The notes under the pieces are model-generated. The model ran no database searches. It was given only the letters and a program-made list of their open reading frames with translations, and had not been told where the DNA came from. DNA of 56,575 nucleotides from an uncultured Pseudomonadales bacterium (GTDB lineage: Bacteria; Patescibacteriota; Microgenomatia; UBA1400; RBG-16-45-19). Position numbers and translations under genes: made by a program. This document shows positions 18,128 through 27,423 of the stretch, in pieces. The stretch covers positions 24,099-80,673 of the forward strand of contig CAYYKL010000003.1 of NCBI GenBank assembly GCA_964441155.1, in the 5' to 3' direction. How positions within the stretch are numbered: the stretch's first letter is position 1; every line of letters starts with the position of its first letter.

Positions 18128-20752
18128 ATGCCTCAATCAACCTATAACCACATCGACATTGAAGAAAAATGGCTCAAAATCTGGGAAGATGCTGGGTTGT
18201 TTCAGGGAACAGAAAAAGGAAATAATGGATTGGGGACTGAGCGACGAACGACGGGCGACGATGTAGCTAATAAACTATTTCTATTGTTTGCCTTTGCCTA
18301 CCCATCAGGATCGGGATTGCATGTCGGGCATGTGGAAAGCAAAACTGCGCTAGACATCTTGGCGCGCTTCAACCGGATGCAGGGCAAAGATGTATTTTTC
18401 CCCGTGGGCTGGGATGCATTTGGCTTGCCCGCTGAAAACTATGCCATCAAGACTGGTGTGCCACCGGTGGAAACTACCAAGCAGGCGATTGATACGTTTC
18501 GCTCTCAAATTAAGCGATTAGCCATTTCTTACGACTGGGCGAACGAACTCGCAACCTGTCACCCAGGCTACTACAAATGGACCCAATGGTTATTTTTAAA
18601 GCTATTCGAAGCGGGATTAGCCTACAAAAAACCAGGCATGGTCAATTGGTGTCCGTCATGCCAGACAGTGTTGGCTAACGAGCAAGTGGTTAATGGTTTA
18701 TGTGAGCGCTGCGACAGTGAAGTCGTGCAAAAAGAAATGAATCAATGGTATTTCAAGATTACCGATTATGCCGATGAGCTTATTTCGGGCCTCGATACCG
18801 TCGATTGGCCAGAAGCCACCAAGAAACAACAGCTCGAGTGGATCGGCAAAGCCAAAGGAGTGAGTATTGGTTTTACCTTGCGGCAGACTGACAAAGTGTT
18901 GCCGGTATGGACTAAATTCTGGGAAACCGTATTTGGCGTGACCTTTTTAGTCATTTCTCCTGAGAAATTCACGCAGTGGCAGATGATTGATGTGGTGCCA
19001 CAAGATAAAAAACCAGCCGTTGCAGACTACCTCAAGCAAGCGGCCAAAAAAACCGAAGAGGAGCGCAAAATCGGGGAGAAGGATAAAAGCGGCGTCGATA
19101 CTGGCTTGACCGTGATCAATCCTGTCAATGGCACTGAAGTGCCGCTTTTTATCGCTGACTATGTGTTGGCTAATGTCGGCACGGGCGTGGTTATGGGTGT
19201 GCCAGCCCATGATACACGCGACTTTGCCTTTGCCAAAAAGTTTGGCTTGCCCTGTATTCAAGTGGTGGCGTATGAAAATCAGGAGATTAATGAAAAAGTC
19301 GCTCGAGGAGAGATGTCATTTGAAGGCGATGGAACACTCATACATTCAGGCGAGTTTAATGGCTTGTCAGCCTGGGGAGAGGGTAAAGAAAAAATATTTG
19401 CCTGGATGACTGAGCAAGGGTTTGCCGGATGGGAAACCACCTATCGCTTGCGTGATTGGTTGATTTCGCGACAGCGCTATTGGGGAGCGCCCATCCCGAT
19501 TGTGTATGACCCACAAGGCAGTCCACATCCGGTCAAGCAAGAACACTTGCCCTGGATGCTGCCCACCGATGTCGAATTTAAGCCGACTGGTGAGTCGCCT
19601 CTGACCCACTCGAAAGAGTTCAGGGCTCGAGTTGAAACTTTGTATGGCAAAGGTTGGTCGCCCGAGTTCGACACGATGGACACATTCGTCGACTCGAGCT
19701 GGTATTTCCTGCGCTACGCTAGTGTCGCAGGGCAAAAATCACTGATGCAACATCACTTAACTGATAACCCCGAATATCAAACCTTGCAGTGGGACCATGA
19801 TTGGACGCGAGATGCGAGCTTGCCTTTTGATCAAGAATCACTGAAGTCTTGGTTGCCAGTGGATATGTATATGATTGGCCCCGAACATATTGTATTGCAC
19901 TTACTGTACTCGAGGTTTTTCACTAAGTTTTTGCGTGATCAAGGGTTGCTCTCTTTCGACGAGCCCTTTGCTAAGATGCGACACCAAGGCATTATCATGG
20001 GTCCAGATGGCAAGCGCATGAGCAAATCGCGAGGCAATGTCATTAATCCCGATGAAATCGTGGCTCAGTTTGGGGCGGATACCCTAAGAATGTATGAAAT
20101 GTTTATGGGCCCAATCGAGGCTGATAAGCCCTGGGATCCGAGAGCGGTGGCGGGAGTGTATCGGTTCCTAAAACGTTTGTGGGGTTTGTTGATGGCGCCA
20201 TCAACAAATGTAGCAAATGCTGATTTCGATGGTGTCTTGCACAAAACCCTCAAGCAAGTCACTGAACAGATTCCTCAATTGAAATACAACACTTCAATTG
20301 CCGCCTTGATGGAGTTGGCTAATGCTTGGGCTGACTTGGGTGGAGTGAGTGATGAGCAAAAGACAATCGTGATCAAGATTATTGCGCCCTTCGCGCCATT
20401 TATGTCGGAAGAGTTGTGGCAGGGAATGCGAGTGACGAACGACGAGAAACGAACGACGAGTGAGCGCTGGACAGCACAAACTTCGGTTCACATGCAGACT
20501 TGGCCTGCTTATGACCCTGCGTTGATTACTTCTGATACAACTACCTTAGTCGTGCAAATCAATGGCAAGCGGCGAGGGGAGATAACCTTGAGCGACGTGC
20601 GATGGACGACGTTGAACGAAGCCAGAGCGCTGGAATTAATTCAGTCAGATGTGCAACTTGCCAAGTGGCTGGAGGGAAAACAGGTACGCAAGACAATCCT
20701 TATTAAGCCTGGTGAGAAACATCAAGGCCTGGTGAATGTGGTGGTGAATTAA
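18128..20752 (+). CDS. leuS: Leucine--tRNA ligase
   Basis: YPSGSGLHVGHVESKTALDILARF (HIGH-type), GWDAFGLPAEN, editing domain, KMSKSRGN and RYWGAPIP. Confidence 0.95.
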   Translation: MPQSTYNHIDIEEKWLKIWEDAGLFQGTEKGNNGLGTERRTTGDDVANKLFLLFAFAYPSGSGLHVGHVESKTALDILARFNRMQGKDVFFPVGWDAFGLPAENYAIKTGVPPVETTKQAIDTFRSQIKRLAISYDWANELATCHPGYYKWTQWLFLKLFEAGLAYKKPGMVNWCPSCQTVLANEQVVNGLCERCDSEVVQKEMNQWYFKITDYADELISGLDTVDWPEATKKQQLEWIGKAKGVSIGFTLRQTDKVLPVWTKFWETVFGVTFLVISPEKFTQWQMIDVVPQDKKPAVADYLKQAAKKTEEERKIGEKDKSGVDTGLTVINPVNGTEVPLFIADYVLANVGTGVVMGVPAHDTRDFAFAKKFGLPCIQVVAYENQEINEKVARGEMSFEGDGTLIHSGEFNGLSAWGEGKEKIFAWMTEQGFAGWETTYRLRDWLISRQRYWGAPIPIVYDPQGSPHPVKQEHLPWMLPTDVEFKPTGESPLTHSKEFRARVETLYGKGWSPEFDTMDTFVDSSWYFLRYASVAGQKSLMQHHLTDNPEYQTLQWDHDWTRDASLPFDQESLKSWLPVDMYMIGPEHIVLHLLYSRFFTKFLRDQGLLSFDEPFAKMRHQGIIMGPDGKRMSKSRGNVINPDEIVAQFGADTLRMYEMFMGPIEADKPWDPRAVAGVYRFLKRLWGLLMAPSTNVANADFDGVLHKTLKQVTEQIPQLKYNTSIAALMELANAWADLGGVSDEQKTIVIKIIAPFAPFMSEELWQGMRVTNDEKRTTSERWTAQTSVHMQTWPAYDPALITSDTTTLVVQINGKRRGEITLSDVRWTTLNEARALELIQSDVQLAKWLEGKQVRKTILIKPGEKHQGLVNVVVN

Positions 20753-20923
20753 ATCTAGGCAATTTTTGTAATTTTTCCGAAAAAATGTAAGAACAAGTGA
20801 TTTAGATATATTTTCGTTGTATTAAATTGCTTTAATCGCATTCTTGCATACAAAATAATTGCTCCTTGACTCTCAATTTGTACAAGTGTGACAATTGAAG
20901 GAGTAAACTTATGGAAATGCGTC

Positions 20924-21163
20924 ATGATTACGGTCCAAACTCATCAAGCTCGCAAAGAATTGGCAAAACTCATCGAGGAAGTCTACTATCGCAATGAGCG
21001 GGTGCAGATCCTGCGAAATAAGCGCTCCATGGCCTGGTTGGTAGGCGACCCGTATATGCAAGCGATTGAAAAACTCATCGATCTTATTGCTGAGCGCGAC
21101 CCTGAATGGGCCAAAGAAATCACTCAAGATCTGGAGCATGTGCTTCGGGGCAAACAAGAATAA
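20924..21163 (+). CDS. Phd/YefM-family antitoxin-like protein with no adjacent toxin gene
   Basis: MITVQTHQARKELAKLIEEVYYRNERVQILRNKRSMAWLV is the typical Phd/YefM N-terminus. Start is ambiguous (GTG 20888 or ATG 20924). Confidence 0.6.
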   Translation: MITVQTHQARKELAKLIEEVYYRNERVQILRNKRSMAWLVGDPYMQAIEKLIDLIAERDPEWAKEITQDLEHVLRGKQE

Positions 21164-21250
21164 GCGAAACAACGTCGTTAAAGTCTGGTGATTCTCTTGC
21201 TGTTATTTCTTCTCTTGACCTGGCTAGTCAATGTTGCTTAAGCTTATATC

Positions 21251-21877
21251 ATGGATTGGTCGAGCCTTGTAGGTTCAAAAAACGCCCGACTAGCCTTGAT
21301 TGGAAGCGGGGTGCTACTCGTGGTAATCGGCCTGGTCTTGACTCGCTCACATCAACAAGCCAGCGAAGTGGTTATGCTCGAAGAAGCGCCAGTTCAGATT
21401 GAAGCGAGCGCAAGTGCCAAATCTATAGTTGTCGATGTGGCTGGAGCGGTTGTCGATCCCGGAGTGTATGAGCTACCAGAAGGTGTGCGGGTAGAAGATG
21501 CGCTGGTTAAAGCTGGTGGGTTTTTGCCTGAAGCAGACACAGCATATGTGACCAAACACATCAATCGGGCGCAACTTCTGACTGACGGCTCAAAAATTTA
21601 CATTCCCGCGCAGGGAGAAATCGATACATCACAACCAGAGCCTTTGGCAGTAGCCGATACTGCAGGACAAGTTATTGGCATAACTACTTCGAGCTCAACA
21701 CGTATCAACCTCAACTCTGCTTCGCAATCAGATTTAGAATCTTTATGGGGGATTGGCGCTGCTCGAGCGGGCGAGATTATTGCCAATCGTCCTTATAGCT
21801 CGATTGAAGAACTAAAATCAAAAGCAAATATTCCTCAAAACGTCTTGGATCGCAATGCAGAACTTATTGCGTTCTAG
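21251..21877 (+). CDS. comEA: Competence protein ComEA (SLBB plus helix-hairpin-helix DNA-binding)
   Basis: N-terminal TM. SLBB-like VDVAGAVVDPGVYELPEGVRVEDALVKAGG. HhH motif INLNSASQSDLESLWGIGAARAGEIIANRPYSSIEEL. Confidence 0.8.
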   Translation: MDWSSLVGSKNARLALIGSGVLLVVIGLVLTRSHQQASEVVMLEEAPVQIEASASAKSIVVDVAGAVVDPGVYELPEGVRVEDALVKAGGFLPEADTAYVTKHINRAQLLTDGSKIYIPAQGEIDTSQPEPLAVADTAGQVIGITTSSSTRINLNSASQSDLESLWGIGAARAGEIIANRPYSSIEELKSKANIPQNVLDRNAELIAF

Positions 21878-23210
21878 CCCAGCAATGTTGAATACTCGCT
21901 CGGTAATGGTAGTGGCATTGTTGTTAGGAGTTGGTTTGCGACTATGGGCTTTCGAGACTCCGAGTGAACAAGCGATTGGTGAAACCGTAGATCTGCCAAT
22001 CTTTGTACTGGTTAAACCTGAGCTCCGCTATTTAAATATCATCTGGAACGATCGAGGCTACACCATCGAATGCCCGTCGCGAATTGAGCACTGCAATCAG
22101 ATTGAAGCAGGGGATAGGTTTGAGGTTTCAGGCACGCTTGAGGCTCCTTGGTACCCTGGCTGGTTCTCAAGGCCACGATTGGTAGTAAGTAAGATTGTTG
22201 CATTCCAGTCTGGAGATGATGCTGCCCGTTTATCCTTTGCTCGAGTCGTGCGAGTGCTTGCATACGTTCGTCATCGAGTCAACTTGGTTTTCATGCGCTC
22301 ACTTGAACAACCACAAGCTGGTTTGTTGGCAGGAATTGTGTTGGGCGAGAGAGCCTTGCTGTCAGACGAATTTAGTGATGCGCTTTCTAAAACGGGTACC
22401 ATGCATGTGATTGCTGCCTCTGGGTATAACGTTTCCGTGATTACTCTTGTCAGTTTGTCATTGCTGACGTTAGTCATGCCGCGCAAAGCAAGTGTGGTTG
22501 TAGCGAGCTTGTTTGTAGGAGCCTATGCGATTTTGGCTGGTGGCAACCCCGCCATAGTCAGAGCGGCACTCATGGGATTAATTGCTTATGCCGCACAATT
22601 TGTTGGTAGAGAATACTTAGTGAATCACGCCTTAGTCTTGACGGTATTGTGCATGCTTTTGTTGCAACCATGGCTCATAAACGACCTATCTTTTGCGCTT
22701 TCAATCAGCGCTACTTGGGGAATTATCTGGGGAACACCAGCGATTGAGCGATTAGCCAAACGAATCAAAAAGAAAGTCATGTCGACTGTGAGTATCGATT
22801 CATCAGATACGACCATGCCAGGGTTAACGCAAGCGCTTATCGCGACAGGATTCTCCACCACTCTGGCAGCGACTCTTGCCACCTTGCCTTTTTCGGTAAT
22901 AGTTTTCGGCCAGGCGACACTCATTGCTCCATTGGTCAATGCACTGGTGCTTTGGCTCGTTTCACCGCTTATGGCATTGGGAGGTTTGATGGCAGTGTTT
23001 GGTTTGGTTAGCCAAAGTTTGGCTGCTTTACTGGCAATGCTTGCGCACCCATTGCTGTCACTATTTATTGCTCTTATCGAATTGGGGAGTAGAGTACCAA
23101 TGGCCGCCATACCACTGAGTGGTATGCATTGGCTAGTCGGAATCGGTTATTGGCTACTGATATCCAGTTGGTGGCATGGAAGTGACATAAACAATCTAGA
23201 AAGAAAATGA
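21855..23210 (+). CDS. comEC: ComEC/Rec2 channel part (N-terminal OB-like region plus Competence domain), lacking the metallo-beta-lactamase domain
   Basis: Polytopic. GLLAGIVLGERALLSDEFSDALSKTGTMHVIAASGYNVSV is the hallmark Competence-domain block. Ends with TGA. Start 21855 or 21885. Confidence 0.75.
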   Translation: MQNLLRSSPAMLNTRSVMVVALLLGVGLRLWAFETPSEQAIGETVDLPIFVLVKPELRYLNIIWNDRGYTIECPSRIEHCNQIEAGDRFEVSGTLEAPWYPGWFSRPRLVVSKIVAFQSGDDAARLSFARVVRVLAYVRHRVNLVFMRSLEQPQAGLLAGIVLGERALLSDEFSDALSKTGTMHVIAASGYNVSVITLVSLSLLTLVMPRKASVVVASLFVGAYAILAGGNPAIVRAALMGLIAYAAQFVGREYLVNHALVLTVLCMLLLQPWLINDLSFALSISATWGIIWGTPAIERLAKRIKKKVMSTVSIDSSDTTMPGLTQALIATGFSTTLAATLATLPFSVIVFGQATLIAPLVNALVLWLVSPLMALGGLMAVFGLVSQSLAALLAMLAHPLLSLFIALIELGSRVPMAAIPLSGMHWLVGIGYWLLISSWWHGSDINNLERK

Positions 23211-23265
23211 CCTTGGCACATAAAATACCATCATCTGCAAAAGAACTTATTCTACAGAAAATAGC

Positions 23266-24225
23266 ATGAAACCAATTTTCTGGATTTTTCTTTTACTGCT
23301 CATGTTGAGCGTGTGGATCGTGTGGGAATGGCCAACTCAAGAGCCAGTGCTGGTTATGTGTGATGTCGGGCAGGGTGATTCAATGCTTATTACTCAGGGT
23401 TTTTCTCAGTTAGTTGTCGATACTGGTAATGAACCAGACAAATTAATGCAGTGCTTAAGTCAACACTTGCCCTTTTGGGATCGGCAATTAGAAATGGTGG
23501 TACTCACACATCCGGAAATTGATCACATGGGTGCCTTTGCGGAAATAATGCAAGCGTATGCGGTAAAAACCTTGCTCGTTTCACCCATTGGTAACGACAC
23601 ACAAGAGTTTAAAAATGTCTATCAGACTATATCAAAATCATCTATAAAGATAATTACCGCTCAACAAGGGCAAGTGATGCAGTTGGGAGCTGCTCGAATC
23701 AGTGTGCTGTGGCCACCACCTCAAGCGGACTCTATATGGCATAAAAACTATACTTATGAATATCAAAATATATCATCAGTAGCCGATGAGCAAAAAACAC
23801 TGTTAGACGCAGAAAACCCGAATGAGTCGTCGGTTGTACTGGGAATTGACCTGAAAGGAGTGCACTTGCTGCTCACCGGTGATATATCTGCCGAAGTGGA
23901 GCTGGCACTAGTTGATCAGGGTTTGATAGAAGAAATAGATATGCTAAAAGTTGCGCATCACGGGTCTAAAACAAGTTCGCAAGATTTGTTTTTAGACAGC
24001 GCAAAACCAGAGTTAGCGCTCATTAGTGTGGGTAGGCGAAATCGGTACGGTCATCCTCACTCCGCAGTAACCTCTAGATTAACCGAGCGAAACATTCCCT
24101 ACATGCAAACTGATACTCAGGGTTCGATCCAGATTATGTTAGAAGAAGACCAGATGTTGTCGGAGAAATATCCTGCGCTTCCAGATTGGCTAAGTCATTC
24201 TCTGCAATTAACTCATCCGCTATAA
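23266..24225 (+). CDS. Stand-alone ComEC-type metallo-beta-lactamase domain protein with its own N-terminal TM helix
   Basis: VLVMCDVGQGDSMLI, LTHPEIDHMG (HxHxDH-like), KVAHHGSKTSS and RNRYGHPH match the C-terminal MBL domain of ComEC. Confidence 0.75.
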   Translation: MKPIFWIFLLLLMLSVWIVWEWPTQEPVLVMCDVGQGDSMLITQGFSQLVVDTGNEPDKLMQCLSQHLPFWDRQLEMVVLTHPEIDHMGAFAEIMQAYAVKTLLVSPIGNDTQEFKNVYQTISKSSIKIITAQQGQVMQLGAARISVLWPPPQADSIWHKNYTYEYQNISSVADEQKTLLDAENPNESSVVLGIDLKGVHLLLTGDISAEVELALVDQGLIEEIDMLKVAHHGSKTSSQDLFLDSAKPELALISVGRRNRYGHPHSAVTSRLTERNIPYMQTDTQGSIQIMLEEDQMLSEKYPALPDWLSHSLQLTHPL

Positions 24226-24533
24226 AATTCACTAATTAAATCTGGAGCAAGTGTTTATATTGAATAGATCAGAATTTTATTGGGAGAAAAATCAGTTGAG
24301 ATCTACCTGATAAATAAATCGGTAAAAAACAATTTCTGTCAAGACAAAAGTATATTAGGGGAGTATATATTGTTTTCCGTGATCCCTTAGGCAATAAGTA
24401 TAAACTAAGATGCAGAGAAAATTTACCGAATTCCTGATTTTTAATTGAATTGTGTGGAATTAATCTCTAAAATTCATGCTATTGCTCCCACAAGATTCTT
24501 CATTTGGTCTACAACTAGATTCAGAATGACATT

Positions 24534-24549
24534 TTTCCATGCATGGAAA
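24534..24549. repeat. Perfect 16-bp palindrome TTTCCATGCATGGAAA
   Basis: Read directly from the sequence inside the AT-rich region. Confidence 0.9.
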
Positions 24550-26701
24550 TAGCTTCTAGAAAATGCCCTCGATTACGTGCAGCAAATTACAACTTGAGTA
24601 AAACAATCTAATCTCGACTTATTCGTTATAACGATCTCATTATGGCTAAATGTTAGCAGTAAGATGCATCATAGATTCTCAATTTCCCGCGGCTGTCTAA
24701 CGACAAACAAATGAGTGCATGCAATAAGATAAAATTATTGTGTGATTATATTAAATATGTATCTATAGCTATTTATGTACTATATGTTCATGTATTCCAT
24801 ATCGGTAGCTGTACGGTAAATACAATTTGATCCTGATGTTACATGGTTTGATAGAGTAGATAATGATGTTGAATTCAATAATATGGAGTTGAATTTGGGC
24901 AGGTAAGGCGTATTTTTGTGCATATATTCAACTCTTTCAATTAGCACTCATCTTTAATAAATGCCATAGGATTATTTTGAGCTCTACCACAGGTCTAAAT
25001 AGAATATTAATTCGGTATATGTTCGATATTATAGAATTATTAATTCCAAATCCATTCAATGTATAGGTTTGTAGGGGTTTAAAATAGCTCAATTACGCTA
25101 AACTTTAACCAATGCTACTACTTATGTCAATTAGCATGCACAGCCCGAATGGGATTTATCTAAAATCCATACTTTAGAATGAAAATAATAATTTTCTTAA
25201 GTAATTTCTGAATCGCAATAAAGATACTTAGTAGGGTATTTTCTCATCATCATTACGAAGCATATGATCCCGTCATCGTTATCGATGACACACTTATAAT
25301 GTCGCACATGCACATATCCTGAATTGGGGATAACTTATTAACTTAGTACCATACGGGGTACTCTATGTAGAAATACGTAAAATATGCTAAATTAATCCGA
25401 TTTTGATCAGATCATTAATATAGGTCTTAGTATACAAATACATCCATACATCAAGTAATATAGTATTTTGTAACGAAAACCTAAATTTGATGAAATTTAT
25501 GTCTTGTTGTGCCGGCTTAGAGACACGCATTAAGAATTTTTCGTAAAGCAATGATGCATGGATCTTGATTATTGTCCTAGCCCCCTCATTTCGATTGTGG
25601 GGTAGGTAACGGAGCTCTGTAGTTGTCTCAAAAATCTCAAGAGATCTTCTTATTCCTCTCAATTTAGAATGACCGGCTTAGAGTTGGGCTGGTAGGGCGG
25701 AAGCAATACACAGAAACGATACTGAGCTGGTTTCTTTGTGGTTGTAACTAGGTCATAAGTGACTGTGAGGTTAATATTCGGCATTTATTGTAGTAAGGTG
25801 CTTTGCATAGTGTTGATCGTCGGAGAGGTGTGGTCAAACAAAGAGGCAAATACTCTATTTCTGATTCAATGAGGCTATCGTGAGGCCTAATTTCATGATT
25901 AAGATTGCGATATTTTCATGTCTCACTTATATGCAAGGTTTGCACTTTGTATGTTTCATGCAAAAGCTGCAATAATCCTCCGAACACTTTAGTGGAGCAT
26001 GGTAATGGGGAATAAATCTACATCAGTAGAACTTTTCTCTTTGAGTAGGTAACAAAAATAAAAATATAGGCACGCGTGGTGTGAGTAAAAGTCACAATAA
26101 TTGCGAAACTCGAGCAATATATTTGAAATTAGTTATCAAGATGACACCTTCATATGGTTTTGCACCAGGATAGGGGCAATTACATTGCTGGGGGATTGCA
26201 GAGCACATCTGAATGCTTAATCAAAATCACTAATCGATAACAGAAAACCCGTAATTATTTTTAAATAAAGAGTATGAGTGCAATGGTGTCATGAATAGTC
26301 CATTCAGCATTTCTTGAGTAAATTGGCAATTAAGGAATCTAAGTGCAAAATCAGATTCAGTTAAAAATAGGCTTATGAATCGTATTTGTCTGATGTTTCC
26401 GAGATGGTATAGCATAAGTCAAAAAACTTAGAAAATAAGGACTTTTTTGGACATTATGCAATGAAACTTTAAGAAAACTACAAAAAAATATACCAGATCG
26501 CTTTGGATTGTGACAAAAATGGATAAAGATAGAATTTCTCTAAATATTTTATTATAGATTGATATATCATGCTCAATATATATACAAAAATCCACTAACA
26601 TAGTCTAACAGGGTACCATCTTTCACCTTAAACGATGTCTATGCTCTCTTCGCTGACGCCTCTCATAATCGAAGTATAAATATATAGGTTGTAAATTATC
26701 T

Positions 26702-26860
26702 ATGGGACATGAGTATATTATTATGGGAATATTATTTGTATTATATTTGGTTATTGTGTTTAGTTCGGGTATTACTCATGCATTGTCGAGTGTGAGTGAG
26801 ACTGTCAGCAGACGCTGTAGAGTGCCATATTATTCATTTGTAAATAAGCAATGCAAATAA
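26702..26860 (+). CDS. Candidate small secreted two-cysteine peptide (52 aa, or 45 aa from the ATG at 26723)
   Basis: MGHEYIIMGILFVLYLVIVFSSGITHALSSVSETVSRRCRVPYYSFVNKQCK. Hydrophobic signal-like N-terminus, then a basic tail with two Cys 12 residues apart. No clear RBS. Confidence 0.2.
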   Translation: MGHEYIIMGILFVLYLVIVFSSGITHALSSVSETVSRRCRVPYYSFVNKQCK

Positions 26861-27423
26861 CAGAGTGATAGATTCACGTTTTCATCCACACTATAAGCCA
26901 TATAATGGTGAAATATATATAAAATCTTAAATAGAAGGCTATACCAATCAATAGCACTATATTATAAAGTAACTATTTTGAATCGAATATTTAAGAGAAG
27001 GTTACTATAGAAGACATATTGTAAACACTAAATATGCACGATAAAACAGATAATAATGAGTTTAATGTATTTTGATATATATACAAAAAAGATGCTTAAT
27101 ACCAATGATATCTGCATCGGCTAGGAAGTATCTATCTTTTAAATGATGGGTAGGTGATTGATTGATCTCGATGATGGCATTTAATATGACTCCTCCATAT
27201 TGAAGGTTCAAGCGATGCGCTAATTAAGTGCTTGAGCTTGTTCCACACTCACCTGCGCACCTGAATCACATGATCTTTCTCATGACATCCAGCCATTAAA
27301 TCAATGTATTTGTCGTTGTAGGGATATAATTTACTCTCTGTATACAATTTATGAAGACTATCAAAATAGCCTGTAGCTGAATACGAGTTAAGCTGAGCTC
27401 ATTACACCCAAGAACAAAATCAA

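Larger units (their letters stand above)
24226..27423. other. 3.2-kb AT-rich region with essentially no ORFs
   Basis: Only two weak ORFs of 60 aa or more on any frame (25387..25662 and 26230..26415). About 30-32% GC on counted lines against about 45% in flanking genes. Confidence 0.9.

Noticed and set aside
20911-20998. Short ORF starting at the ATG at 20911, which has the best Shine-Dalgarno spacing (GAAGGAG 7 nt upstream)
   Set aside because: It encodes only about 28 aa (MEMRHDYGPNSSSSQRIGKTHRGSLLSQ) in a frame overlapping the clearly Phd/YefM-like frame. It is more likely that the antitoxin uses GTG 20888 or ATG 20924.
25512-25683. CCGGCTTAGAG (twice) as the RNase P RNA CR-V element (ACAGAAcCCGGCUUA)
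   Set aside because: No CR-I-like GAGGAAAGTCC and none of the other conserved RNase P blocks were found on either strand within several hundred nt. The resemblance is limited to 8 nt.
25387-26415. ORFs 25387..25662 (91 aa) and 26230..26415 (61 aa) as genes
   Set aside because: Their composition is driven by AT-rich DNA (many I, L, F, K, N, Y). They have no RBS, no motif, and are surrounded by stops in all frames.
24226-27423. AT-rich tract as a CRISPR array, a replication origin, or genes written in an alternative genetic code
   Set aside because: - **CRISPR:** there are no regularly spaced direct repeats of 25-40 nt.
- **Origin:** only isolated degenerate DnaA-box-like 9-mers are present (for example tcatccaca at 26882-26890), and there is no dnaA or dnaN nearby.
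- **Alternative code:** reading through the TAG stops of the two longest ORFs (25387..25662 and 26230..26415) runs into TAA or TGA within 0-14 codons, so stop-codon reassignment does not rescue long ORFs.
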